Source of the DNA: Bacteroidales bacterium | GTDB taxonomy: Bacteria > Bacteroidota > Bacteroidia > Bacteroidales > UBA1715 | Length of the DNA stretch: 64,000 nt | Direction of reading: 5' to 3' | Assembly (NCBI GenBank): GCA_031286165.1 | Contig: JAITUU010000005.1 | Coordinates: 20,669 to 84,668, forward strand | Shown here: positions 36,415 to 46,421 of the stretch, piece by piece | How the letters are laid out: every line of letters starts with the position of its first letter | Numbering within the stretch: position 1 is the first letter of the stretch | Program-made: the position numbers and the translations under genes | Notes under the pieces: generated by a model | Databases searched by the model: none | What the model saw: only the letters and a program-made list of their open reading frames with translations | Told to the model about the DNA's origin: nothing

Positions 36415-38044
36415 AGTAGAAATTGTGTAACGCGGTGCGGAATCCGAAATACCACATCAACTGATGTTTGTCGGAAAGAGCAGAAAACTGCGTGCGATGG
36501 CTCAATCCAAGTGCCACGTGCATATTGTATTTTGGATTGAGCAGGTACGAAACGCTGAAATCGTTGTACATCACCGTATTTTGTACCGCAAATTTTGCTA
36601 TGGTATTGCCATATTGCATAGCAGCCGTAGGGTATAGGCGGAAAATACTATTGCCGTAATTACCGCCGCCGGTGGTATCTTGCCCAAACACCATGTACTG
36701 AAATTTATACTCCGTAAAAATTCGTTTGAAATTGTAGCGCACAAAACTCACCGATTCGTAGAAATTCGATTGTCGTGGATGCGCAAGCGGTTGATGTCCA
36801 TGCGAATATTCCTGACCCGGAATGAAGTGCGAATACATAAACGGACGCACATAATTTACTTCGGTTTGAAAATCAAGATGTTTTATAGCAATGTCGTAAC
36901 TTTTGAACCCGCCTTGTAGTGCGTATTTACTATTGCTCCAACCCGAACGTTTGGCAAATTCACTGATTTTAAATTCATCTATCATAGCCTGTCCGTAGAA
37001 TACATATTTTTTCCACAGCGTAATTTTTCCGTTCAAACCCATGAGTACATTGTCGGGCGAGCCAATGGAAAATTCCACCGGACGAAGAAAAATAACCGGA
37101 TTGAGATAGTTAAAATCAAATCCGCGATGATTGCCCAGCGTATCGGTGCTGTTCCATATCACGGTAGTGAATAATCCTACATTCAGCCATTTTGTAGCCG
37201 AATAATCTATATACTGCGCCACATTCCATTTTGACGGCAAGCGTAAATTATATCCTTGATTTTCTTTGAAATACGTTTGATACGACCAAATCGAGGTATA
37301 TTTTATATTCCAAAAATTCGATGTGAGGCGAAAATACGGATAATTCGGTGCATTGTCGGAAAGCAGGAGCGAACGATAGCCATCGCCTATAAATTGCTTG
37401 CCGTGCCCCAACTGAAATTGAAAATAGCGCGAAGGAATGTAACTCACATAGGCTTCGGAAAACGCATAATCGCGCACACCTTTTTTATTCTCATTATCGG
37501 CACCTATCAAGCCTTTCGAGCGGTCTATGCCGGGAATAATACCGTAGCCGAGTTCGCGGATTCTATCTTCGCGGTAATCGGTAAAAAACGACTGAATTTC
37601 GTAAAACGCCGTAGAAAAAAACACTTTATTTGTAACGTGGGCATCTATTCTTATACCGCGCATATTTATCCAATTTCGCTCGCTGTCGCCATTATTACGG
37701 GCTATTTCAAAATTAAACTGTGGATTGATGGCAAATCCGAAATCCTTTGCCTGCGTTTGAAATGCAATCAAATCGTTATTGAAAATATAATCAAACACGC
37801 GACTGCCCGTGTGCAGTGGAAATAGCGTATCTATCGACACAATTTTTTCCACTTCTTGCATATCGAAAGGTTTGATAGCCGTGTGAAATCGGTGTTCGGC
37901 ATTATATACATAGCGGTCGAACGGGCGGTAGGAGTGATTATTGAATCGCGAATTGACTTGGGAAAAAGCAGAAATCGAAACGAAAAAACAAAGAATTGTA
38001 AACAACAAAGTTACGTGTAAATTGTAAATTGTAAATTTCTTCAT
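36404..38044 (-). CDS. putative outer-membrane beta-barrel protein (Wzi-like capsule-assembly candidate)
   Basis: Signal peptide, aromatic-rich alternating strands and a C-terminal aromatic residue. It lies in an operon with the WbaP-type transferase and GSCFA. The family call is tentative. Confidence 0.45.
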   Translation of the reverse strand: MKKFTIYNLHVTLLFTILCFFVSISAFSQVNSRFNNHSYRPFDRYVYNAEHRFHTAIKPFDMQEVEKIVSIDTLFPLHTGSRVFDYIFNNDLIAFQTQAKDFGFAINPQFNFEIARNNGDSERNWINMRGIRIDAHVTNKVFFSTAFYEIQSFFTDYREDRIRELGYGIIPGIDRSKGLIGADNENKKGVRDYAFSEAYVSYIPSRYFQFQLGHGKQFIGDGYRSLLLSDNAPNYPYFRLTSNFWNIKYTSIWSYQTYFKENQGYNLRLPSKWNVAQYIDYSATKWLNVGLFTTVIWNSTDTLGNHRGFDFNYLNPVIFLRPVEFSIGSPDNVLMGLNGKITLWKKYVFYGQAMIDEFKISEFAKRSGWSNSKYALQGGFKSYDIAIKHLDFQTEVNYVRPFMYSHFIPGQEYSHGHQPLAHPRQSNFYESVSFVRYNFKRIFTEYKFQYMVFGQDTTGGGNYGNSIFRLYPTAAMQYGNTIAKFAVQNTVMYNDFSVSYLLNPKYNMHVALGLSHRTQFSALSDKHQLMWYFGFRTALHNFYYDF

Positions 38045-38096
38045 AATTAGTCAGTTTTCTGTTCTCAATACTCAATACTTGATAGTCATATCTCGT

Positions 38097-38126
38097 AATT
38101 ACCTTCGGTGAGGGCTTCGCCGTTCG
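38097..38126 (+). repeat. REP2-type element
   Basis: attaccttcggtgagggcttcgccgttcg; its reverse complement is nearly identical to 47754..47783. A partial copy lies at 50711..50735. Confidence 0.75.
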
Positions 38127-38133
38127 TAATTGA

Positions 38134-39528
38134 TTATCTCCCTGTTGGTTTAAAAAACGCTACTTTTATAGTTTGTAAAAACAGCATTACATCTAAGCGC
38201 AAACTCCATGTATCTATATACTGCAAATCGAGTTTAATCCATTCTTCAAAGGTACTTTCGTTGCGGCTGCTCACTTGCCAAATACAGGTAATACCCGGTT
38301 TCATGCTCAATCGGCGCAATTGCCAGCGTTCATACTTGGCTACTTCGGCAGGAATTGGCGGACGCGGTCCCACTATCGACATATCGCCTTTGAGTACGTT
38401 GAAAAACTGCGGTAATTCATCGAGGCTGGTTTTCCGTAAAAAATTCCCCACTTTGGTTTTTCGAGGGTCGTTGGCAATTTTAAATGCCGGTCCGTCTTGT
38501 TCATTATATTCTTGTAATTCTTCCAAAAGTTCTTCGGCATTGTGCACCATTGAGCGAAATTTATATAACTGAAATTCCTTGCCGCGCAAGCCTGCGCGAG
38601 TTTGTTTAAAGAAAATTGGTCCGGGCGAAGATACTTTTACCGCTATTGCCACCGCAATAAACACCGGCGAAAATACTATCATAATAAGTAAGGAAATCAC
38701 TACGTCCAACACGGTTTTCACGCGCAAAGCCAAGTAATTGCGCGGTGTGTTTTGAAACGAAAACACCTGCGTATTGCCTATATACTGCACTTCGCCTTTG
38801 GAGTGCGCCAAATTCAGAAATTGTGAAGAAAGTTTGAACGTTACCCCCACTTCCAAACAAGCATATATAAGCGGCGTAAGGTATTGCAAGTGCATGGTAT
38901 TGGTGGCATAAATCACTTCGTGCACATTATTTTCCACTATATATTGCGACACATCGTAGGAAATATCATACATCGTATATGTGTTGGCATATTTATCATG
39001 TATTTTTTGCGAATCCGAAAAAATTGCCACTATACGATACCCCCATAGTACATTTTTTTCTACTGCCTCTATAATTTCCGATACATTTTCACTACCTGTG
39101 CCCACTATTATAATATTGCGCACATCGGATTTGCGATTGCTGTAATACTGCAACATTGCATATTTCACAAAACAATGCACCACAAATAGTATGGCATAAA
39201 AAATTGCCACGAAGGATATACCAAAAATATCTAAACTACACAGTTTTACTACAAACAGCAACACCCCAAAACCCACCGCAGATGCAAAAAAATGCGATGA
39301 TATGATTTGTGAAACCGAGCGCGTGTGCGAAATGTATAAATCTACAAAAAGAAGGGAAATAAGAAAATTGACCGGAGCCAAAAACAACGCGAAAATCACA
39401 AAATCGCGGTTGTCGAAAGCATAATTGGGCAACAACCAATAGTACACCGCAAACAATACCGCGTAGGCTACAATTACCTCAATAATTTTATTCTGTACGT
39501 TTATTATCGTTTCTCTTGTTACATTCAT
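38134..39528 (-). CDS. polyprenyl-phosphate hexose-1-phosphate transferase (WbaP/WcaJ-type sugar transferase)
   Basis: N-terminal TM block, then the C-terminal bacterial sugar transferase domain: ...FKQTRAGLRGKEFQLYKFRSM...DELPQFFNVLKGDMSIVGPRPP...KPGITCIWQVS. Confidence 0.9.
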   Translation of the reverse strand: MNVTRETIINVQNKIIEVIVAYAVLFAVYYWLLPNYAFDNRDFVIFALFLAPVNFLISLLFVDLYISHTRSVSQIISSHFFASAVGFGVLLFVVKLCSLDIFGISFVAIFYAILFVVHCFVKYAMLQYYSNRKSDVRNIIIVGTGSENVSEIIEAVEKNVLWGYRIVAIFSDSQKIHDKYANTYTMYDISYDVSQYIVENNVHEVIYATNTMHLQYLTPLIYACLEVGVTFKLSSQFLNLAHSKGEVQYIGNTQVFSFQNTPRNYLALRVKTVLDVVISLLIMIVFSPVFIAVAIAVKVSSPGPIFFKQTRAGLRGKEFQLYKFRSMVHNAEELLEELQEYNEQDGPAFKIANDPRKTKVGNFLRKTSLDELPQFFNVLKGDMSIVGPRPPIPAEVAKYERWQLRRLSMKPGITCIWQVSSRNESTFEEWIKLDLQYIDTWSLRLDVMLFLQTIKVAFFKPTGR

Positions 39529-39571
39529 TGCTCTACTGCACTGTCAATAGTCCTTTGTGTCAAATTTGCTA

Positions 39572-39579
39572 CAAAGATA
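39572..39579 (-). promoter_or_regulatory. -7 box TAnnTTTG
   Basis: The minus strand reads tatctttg, 43 nt upstream of ATG 39528. Confidence 0.5.
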
Positions 39580-39822
39580 TTGTAATTTCAATTAGTAAAA
39601 GCAACTTTTAAGAAGAAAAAAATCGTGCTTTTTTTATGCAACAATGGGGGGGGTAATTTACTGATTATCAATCAATTACAAATACTCAAAATACTATATA
39701 TTAATAAATAGCACACAATAAACTTTGATTACAATGCTACGCACGATAATTCTCGCTAAAAAATACTTTGTATCAGCGGAGCGTTTTATCGCCGAAGACA
39801 TATATCTACTTGTATCAAAAAA

Positions 39823-41247
39823 TTACATTCTCGCCGTATGTTTCACTCGTTTCTGCGAATAATTTTCGCCATCGTTGCGATTGAACACCACATTACAGCC
39901 AAAACGCGCACTCACCGAGCGAGTACGAGCGGGGAAAAGTAGATTTCCCAACACATTGTCGCTCACAAAATACCACTGCACCGGACCTACGCGCAGCGTA
40001 TAGGCAAGTCCCATATTGGTAAAATTACGATTCATATAAGAATAGGTAAATGACGCTATTCCGAATTTGAAAGGGCGCACATCGAGCGATGCAGTAAACG
40101 CCGGCGCAATTCCCAGCGGACGTTTTTGCAGGTGTGCAAGCAAGCCGGCACCCACAATTTCAGTAAACTGATAATGCCCTCCGACATAGATTTGAAAGGG
40201 CAAGGTAGTAATGTACGAATCTTCGCTGTGGTCAATAGAAAACGTATTGAACAAAGAATCAAAATCGGGAAATTCTAATTTGAAGGGATTGAGCGAAATC
40301 TCCGCACCTTCAAACGTGAGTCCTTCTCCGCGTAGCGCAATACGATTCACATTCCTTCGCCAATGAATAAAACCAAAATCTATCATGCTGGCATACACCG
40401 AAATTTGTTCATTGATTTTTTTGGAAACACCCAAATCTATGGCAGCACCACTATTGCCCGAAATGCTCATTTTTCCAAATTTAATATTTCCCAAATCTAC
40501 ATTACCATTGTCGGTATATGATACCTCCAAAGGCAGATTGGTGCGCACTTCATAATTTGCCATCACCGAAAGTGCATTAGTATTTTCTTCGGTGCGAATA
40601 GTAACATTGCCCTTAGCGTTGGAAACATTTGCCGCGCCCATCAAAAATTTTGCACGCACACCCATAGTAAAATCCATAGGCAGTTTGCGCTCAAAGCCCA
40701 CCCCTATTTGATTATACACCGTAGCATTCACCGAAAGCCCCGAAATATCGGCGCGGCGCATTGCTCCATTGCCAAGAATTGCAAATTTGAGCAAATCGCC
40801 GGGTATATTAATAAAGGAATTAACACGAGTGGTAATATCGAAAGTCCAATAATTTTCCTTTTGACGGAAGCCGAAATACAAAAGATTGACATCGAAATTC
40901 GTTACAAAAAAATTGTTTTTGTGCAGTTTATTCGTAAAATTTTCCACATTGTAACTTGGGTGCATAAATGAAATCAAAGAATCGCGATACATTCCTCGTC
41001 CGCGAAAAATCACATCGTGCCAACTCAGCGGCGTATTTACCGCAATGGTAAGCGGCGGCGGCACCTGCCCCACTACAGGCAGCATTGCTCCCGAAAGAAA
41101 CCAACCCACTTGCGGTTCCTGCGCGGGATTGATAAGATTTGCCTGCGGCAAACGGTCCATAAAAAACATGGAATTATCTATTTGCGCATGAGCAGAGTGC
41201 GCCAGCGCAACAAATACTATGATAGAGAGGTATCGAAATTGCTTCAT
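39823..41247 (-). CDS. hypothetical outer-membrane beta-barrel-like protein
   Basis: Signal peptide MKQFRYLSIIVFVALAHSAHAQ; alternating strand pattern; C-terminus ...SARFGCNVVF then a short tail. No family recognised. Confidence 0.5.
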   Translation of the reverse strand: MKQFRYLSIIVFVALAHSAHAQIDNSMFFMDRLPQANLINPAQEPQVGWFLSGAMLPVVGQVPPPLTIAVNTPLSWHDVIFRGRGMYRDSLISFMHPSYNVENFTNKLHKNNFFVTNFDVNLLYFGFRQKENYWTFDITTRVNSFINIPGDLLKFAILGNGAMRRADISGLSVNATVYNQIGVGFERKLPMDFTMGVRAKFLMGAANVSNAKGNVTIRTEENTNALSVMANYEVRTNLPLEVSYTDNGNVDLGNIKFGKMSISGNSGAAIDLGVSKKINEQISVYASMIDFGFIHWRRNVNRIALRGEGLTFEGAEISLNPFKLEFPDFDSLFNTFSIDHSEDSYITTLPFQIYVGGHYQFTEIVGAGLLAHLQKRPLGIAPAFTASLDVRPFKFGIASFTYSYMNRNFTNMGLAYTLRVGPVQWYFVSDNVLGNLLFPARTRSVSARFGCNVVFNRNDGENYSQKRVKHTARM

Positions 41248-41303
41248 TATTGTAGATATTCTTTGATATTGAAATAGTTATTGACTCGTTGTTCTTGTAT
41301 TTG

Positions 41304-41341
41304 GATTGCTTCGTTCCTCGCAACGGCATAGTGAAGCAATC
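41304..41341 (+). repeat. REP1-type hairpin element
   Basis: gattgcttcgttcctcgcaacggcatagtgaagcaatc; the 9-bp termini gattgcttc / gaagcaatc are a perfect inverted repeat. Confidence 0.8.
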
Positions 41342-41384
41342 TATATTTCAGCATTGGTAATTAGCATATTGGCATATTGGTAAT

Positions 41385-43658
41385 TTACAATCGGTCTTTA
41401 TACAAAATTTTTCCGTTTGCCGCTATGCGCACATCTATGGTGTAGTAAGAATACAGAATAATTGATTTTCCTTTATCAACATCTTTACTCACCAGCGTAG
41501 CCTCTATACGTATGGAATTGGCGGCAGTAAAGGCATCAAACAAATTTCTGCTCACGCCTATATCGCTGCGATATTCCTGCACCACAGTTCGCGCAACTTT
41601 TCCGTTGGCATCGGTGGGTGCGGCTTTCAAAATTTGCGCCGGCAATTCGCCAAGCACTTGACTTCCTGCGGCTTTGGTGGTATCGAGCATAGAAAGTTTC
41701 AGTTGCGCATCTATGGGAAATTGATTTTTTGCAAAAATCGAAATTACCAGCGTATCTAAACTCATAGCATCGCCTATCGGGTCGTCTATATCTACATCGG
41801 TAGAAAGCACTATATTACTGAACGAAAGATTCATCGGAACATCTACATCTATGGAAAATCCCACCTTCGATTTATTGGAAATACAGTTATCGCTCGTAGC
41901 GGTAAGGTCGGCAGGATTGTAAAGCAGCGAGCCTTCGTATTCCATAAACGATGGCATAATACGCAGAAAATCAACAATATTACTCGTATTTCTATCGAGT
42001 GAAATAGTAGTGCTTACTTGTTGTTGATTGAGAACACCGGTACACGTGGGTGCATTTATCACAAATTTTTTGCTGCCGCCGTTGAACATTTGCACCGTTT
42101 CGCCGGAATTGTTGCTCGCCGTCATATCTATTTCTATTTCAGCACCCACCGATATTGCATTATTGAAATTCAGCACCAATCGCGGGTCGGCAAATTGCAC
42201 TTCGCCCGAAAACACACTCAAAATATCACTCATATCAAAATCTATTACATCGTGAGCAATGGGTTCGGTGCCGCTGCCAATATTGCCGCGCACAAAGGAA
42301 AATTGCAAACTATCTTGATTCCAAATCTTGAGTTCTATACTTTGTTGGTCGTCAAATTCGGTCATACCCTGCGCCTCCACGCGATAGGAAATTTCCACCG
42401 GCAGCGAATTGTAAGCTTGCGTGTTATTATACGATTTCGTAAGGTCTATCACACTGCCATCGAGCACCAAACTTCCCGTTACGTGGGTATTTGTTTGGTC
42501 TATGGTAATTTCGGGAGTAAACACCGCCACACCGTTTTTAGTAATAGTAGGAAAGGTAAAAATAACGTGGGTAGCAATTTCAACGTGCGAAGTAATGTCG
42601 TAATTAATTTCACCTTTTGCCACATGAAGTTCAAATATTTTTTGATAGGATTTTTCGGGACTTACCGTAGCATACACCGTAGTATCGGTAGAAATTACTT
42701 GCTGCGGCACCACTGCCTTACCTTTGACAACCACCAAATTACTGAAAGAAATTACCGAAAACAGCGTAGAGTTATTCAAAATAGTGGTAGTGAGCGGCAC
42801 ATTGGTTGCAGCGGCAAATCGTAAATTTTTGTAGGTATAGTAGAGTTTTTGCCCAATGTAGGCATTGACAATAGGCACTTCCACCGACACCGTTCCCTGC
42901 ATATTTGTCGGCGGATTTTGCGGGTCTATTTGCACCCAATCCTGCGGATTGATAGGATTAATCCAACCGGAAGAACTAAAATCGAAAGTTGCAAGCGGTT
43001 TGCGAATCCCCGCGCTATCGACTACTATTTCCACCGCATCGAAGGCTATGGGCACCGTGAAGGAATTGGCGCAGGTAAGTTTCATTTTTCCCGAATTAAT
43101 ACTCAAATACTCAAAGTCGTTCGACAAATCGCCGCTGCCATCGAGGGTGTATTCCGTATTGCGCACTGCGGTAATAGCTGCCACATCCACCGTAGGCGAA
43201 GAAGAACTCGCATACGAATTGTAGGTGGCAACATCGGCAGCAGAAAAATTGTTGTTCAGTAAGGTTGTAATGCTTTCATTGAGCGGCAGTGCTAAGGCAA
43301 CAGAGGGAAGCGTTACAGGTTTCAAAAGCAACACCGTGTCGTAGGCTTCCATTTTTGGCAAATCGAGTAAGCCGATTTCCTGCGTGGTATCTATGCCAAA
43401 ACGCAAAAACAATACCGAATCGCCGGCATTGCTGCCGTAATTCAAACTCGGTTCGGTTACGTAAAACAGTGTATCTTTGCGTTCTCGGAGCATATTGCGT
43501 AAGGTCAATTTCGCTTTTGCCAAAGGAATTGCAAGGTCGGGATTCCACTGAATGTCGCCCGAAAACTTGTCTTTCACCGCAAAATTATCTTTCACGCAAC
43601 TCACAAAACCAAGCGCAACTACACTCACGCAGACTAATAGAACAAGATATTTTTTCAT
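41385..43658 (-). CDS. large hypothetical lipoprotein (757 aa)
   Basis: MKKYLVLLVCVSVVALGFVSCVKD lipobox; all-beta-looking T/S/N/V-rich sequence. It starts 1 nt after the upstream gene's stop. Confidence 0.6.
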   Translation of the reverse strand: MKKYLVLLVCVSVVALGFVSCVKDNFAVKDKFSGDIQWNPDLAIPLAKAKLTLRNMLRERKDTLFYVTEPSLNYGSNAGDSVLFLRFGIDTTQEIGLLDLPKMEAYDTVLLLKPVTLPSVALALPLNESITTLLNNNFSAADVATYNSYASSSSPTVDVAAITAVRNTEYTLDGSGDLSNDFEYLSINSGKMKLTCANSFTVPIAFDAVEIVVDSAGIRKPLATFDFSSSGWINPINPQDWVQIDPQNPPTNMQGTVSVEVPIVNAYIGQKLYYTYKNLRFAAATNVPLTTTILNNSTLFSVISFSNLVVVKGKAVVPQQVISTDTTVYATVSPEKSYQKIFELHVAKGEINYDITSHVEIATHVIFTFPTITKNGVAVFTPEITIDQTNTHVTGSLVLDGSVIDLTKSYNNTQAYNSLPVEISYRVEAQGMTEFDDQQSIELKIWNQDSLQFSFVRGNIGSGTEPIAHDVIDFDMSDILSVFSGEVQFADPRLVLNFNNAISVGAEIEIDMTASNNSGETVQMFNGGSKKFVINAPTCTGVLNQQQVSTTISLDRNTSNIVDFLRIMPSFMEYEGSLLYNPADLTATSDNCISNKSKVGFSIDVDVPMNLSFSNIVLSTDVDIDDPIGDAMSLDTLVISIFAKNQFPIDAQLKLSMLDTTKAAGSQVLGELPAQILKAAPTDANGKVARTVVQEYRSDIGVSRNLFDAFTAANSIRIEATLVSKDVDKGKSIILYSYYTIDVRIAANGKILYKDRL

Positions 43659-43659
43659 A

Positions 43660-46320
43660 TTAATAATTGTAATTCGTAACTGTATTTCCGCCCGTACCTA
43701 TTATAATAGATAGTTTCTGAGAATTTTTTTGCAATTTTCCGTTTGCAAATTCTGTTTTCCCATGCAGCGAAAGCGGTAATTGCCCTTCTTTTATATCGTA
43801 AAAATACAGTGTTTTTTGCGAAGCATCTACAATTCCCACCACAAACGATGATTTTTTTACAATCTGCGGTACAAGTTCCGGTGCAAATTTGAGCGTATAA
43901 CTGCGTATAGGAATCATGCTCGCCGTGTAAAATCCACATTCTTTTTCACTCACCAGCGCATATTCGTTGCTACTTTGATTGTGCAAAAAGTAATGATTTT
44001 TCGGCAGAGTATTTTCTTTCAGCGTTTTCACCACACCATCGAAACTTATAGATTTCACCGAAGCGTGAATATCGGTGGTAACAATGTGTTGGGTATTTTT
44101 TTGATAATAAAACGGTGTTTGCGCCGATTTTTCAAACTGTTCTTTCGATTTTGCTCGCAGTTCGCCTTTTCGTGTCAGCAAATACACATTGCGCCGGTCG
44201 GCACACACTATGTAATCTTTTCCGGCATTCACAAAGTGCTGCACCGGCACCACTATCTCGCTTTCGCTCTCGTTCCACGCCCACTCTTTGTTTTTTTGCA
44301 TTTTTATATTGTATAAATACAATTTTCGTCCGGCAGGCACAAAAAGTCGATAGTCCTTCGTGTTTTCATAATCAAACACACTCATGGCTATGGCGGTGCT
44401 ATCTTCCAATTTGTGGGGATAATTTTCCACAAAATTTCCCAATCTATCTATGCAATACACGTAATTCGCAGAATTTGCGAGGTATTGATATTTTCCGTTT
44501 TTAAAATAATCCACTTGAAACAACGGACTTATTAAGGCTTCGGGCAGAGATTTTTTCCACTGAATTTTTCCTGCGGCATTGAGTAAATAGAGTGTATTCT
44601 TGGCATCTTGCAGCAAAATTCCAAACTCGCCGCTCTGAATTTCAAAAATCTGCGGCTGCGAAGCAAGTTCGGCATCGAGCACACTTTCCCACACTATGTT
44701 TTCGGCGGCAGGTTTTTCTACGGCAGTTTCACCTTCCGAAAAATCTATATGCAGTGCATTGTAAAACAATCCGTTTTGCGCCACAATTTGCAGTGCAAAA
44801 GCATTTGTGCGCTGAGTAGCAGCATGTTCTTCACTCAAAATTTGCTGTACCGGCGTATGCGCATTGCCCATTTTCCCCAGCACACCATATTCATACACCG
44901 AAAACGAAGGCAACACATTGTTCTGGAATTTTTTAAAATCACTGTCGTTTGCCAGCACTTTTTTCAATTCATACGCCGTAAGCAGTTTTTCCACCGCCAC
45001 CTGTGAATTGGCAAAAATCATATAATTATTCACAAAGGTTATGTACGAAAAATCGCCTTCGGCAAACAAATCGCCCCACAGCACCTGCAAAAGATTGCCC
45101 GCAGGAAGATGATACACGGCATACACCGTTTTAGTATCAAGCGAAAATGTCGATTGTGGCGCATTGGAAGATTTTAGCCACCCGGCAAGCATTTCTTCCG
45201 CCTGCGACTGACTGATAGTTTTCACAAAAGCATAGTGTTCTTCGCTTTGCCCCTCACTTTGCGCACCACACACAAAGGCAATTTCGGAATCAACAATGCT
45301 GTATAAATCTTGCGCAATATCGCTGCCAAAGGTATTTTTGAGCAATTGCAGTTGTTTTTTGTAGGTTTCTATGTTTCCGTTGTGCGTTAAAAATTCTTCA
45401 TAATTCGTGCGAAATTGCGCCACATTACTCACTCCCCACACTTTAAAATAACTGCTATGTGCCGGAGCAACCGCTGAAAGTTGCAGTTTTATGGGAGTTT
45501 GCGCTCTGAATACCGACAAAAATTGCGATTGCAATTCACTCTGCGAAAATCCGTTGAGCGAAATTGCTCTACTGCGCACACTCACGTCAAATTCAAGCCA
45601 CGCAGCCTGCGGCGCAGTTTTGAGCGGCATAAAAAACTGTGTTACTCGGCTCAAATCCACGTAGGCATTTGCCACGGTTTGTTTTCCGGCAGTTTTTTTA
45701 ATTTTGGTAAATCCCGCCACGCTTAAAATATTCTGCCCCTCTTTACAGGCTGTAATGGCAGTTTCCACCAATACGTGTGAAGGACTGAGTATCAGTGTGT
45801 TTTTGAAAATTGCGTAGGAAAGTTTGCGTTTTTTTTCGGCAGTTTCAAAACTATAAATATGTGTGCCGTAATCAAACGAATACTGCGTTTTTTGCAAAGA
45901 AGAAAACAGATTTTTGAGCACATCGTGCGCCTGCGTAATTTGGTCCGCCGAAAGCAGCGGCACCGAAAGCAGGTAATCCTGCGTGCCTTCTTTACATTCC
46001 ATAAAGGAAATAATCAGTGGATTCTCCGAAAAATTTTTAGCGGTTGTTTCGTTTTGCAAAGCAGTTTGTACCAGCGTTGCCACCGTTTTCATGGGCGCAA
46101 ACAAAGGCGAAAGCGAAAAACTACACCACACAGAATTTTCGGCAAAATCTTCAAGCGAAACGGCTTTTTTTACTTCCACCACCACCGCCACCTGCTGCGG
46201 CACGGTTTCAAATGCGGCATTTTCAAAACTTTGATTGCTCTGTTTCAATCGAATATATACAAACACAACAATTCCCAATAGACACACAATAATTATGGAA
46301 GAAATAATGCGCTTGGACAT
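43660..46320 (-). CDS. large hypothetical membrane-anchored protein (886 aa), C-terminal beta-propeller-like region
   Basis: N-terminal anchor IISSIIIVCLLGIVVFVYI. The C-terminal ~350 aa show repeated strand motifs (LYLLNAAGKIQW, YVYCIDRLGNF, NVYLLTRKGEL) like PQQ/BamB-type propellers. Confidence 0.6.
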   Translation of the reverse strand: MSKRIISSIIIVCLLGIVVFVYIRLKQSNQSFENAAFETVPQQVAVVVEVKKAVSLEDFAENSVWCSFSLSPLFAPMKTVATLVQTALQNETTAKNFSENPLIISFMECKEGTQDYLLSVPLLSADQITQAHDVLKNLFSSLQKTQYSFDYGTHIYSFETAEKKRKLSYAIFKNTLILSPSHVLVETAITACKEGQNILSVAGFTKIKKTAGKQTVANAYVDLSRVTQFFMPLKTAPQAAWLEFDVSVRSRAISLNGFSQSELQSQFLSVFRAQTPIKLQLSAVAPAHSSYFKVWGVSNVAQFRTNYEEFLTHNGNIETYKKQLQLLKNTFGSDIAQDLYSIVDSEIAFVCGAQSEGQSEEHYAFVKTISQSQAEEMLAGWLKSSNAPQSTFSLDTKTVYAVYHLPAGNLLQVLWGDLFAEGDFSYITFVNNYMIFANSQVAVEKLLTAYELKKVLANDSDFKKFQNNVLPSFSVYEYGVLGKMGNAHTPVQQILSEEHAATQRTNAFALQIVAQNGLFYNALHIDFSEGETAVEKPAAENIVWESVLDAELASQPQIFEIQSGEFGILLQDAKNTLYLLNAAGKIQWKKSLPEALISPLFQVDYFKNGKYQYLANSANYVYCIDRLGNFVENYPHKLEDSTAIAMSVFDYENTKDYRLFVPAGRKLYLYNIKMQKNKEWAWNESESEIVVPVQHFVNAGKDYIVCADRRNVYLLTRKGELRAKSKEQFEKSAQTPFYYQKNTQHIVTTDIHASVKSISFDGVVKTLKENTLPKNHYFLHNQSSNEYALVSEKECGFYTASMIPIRSYTLKFAPELVPQIVKKSSFVVGIVDASQKTLYFYDIKEGQLPLSLHGKTEFANGKLQKNSQKLSIIIGTGGNTVTNYNY

Positions 46321-46392
46321 AGAATAGTGTTTAAATTTTCCACAAATATATATAAATATGCGTTTGTGCCTATGGTTTTACCACATTTTTCC

Positions 46393-46400
46393 TATCTTTG
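46393..46400 (+). promoter_or_regulatory. -7 box TAnnTTTG
   Basis: tatctttg, 21 nt upstream of ATG 46422. The track TTG start 46398 lies inside the box. Confidence 0.55.
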
Positions 46401-46421
46401 ATATTTCAAACTCACACTACC

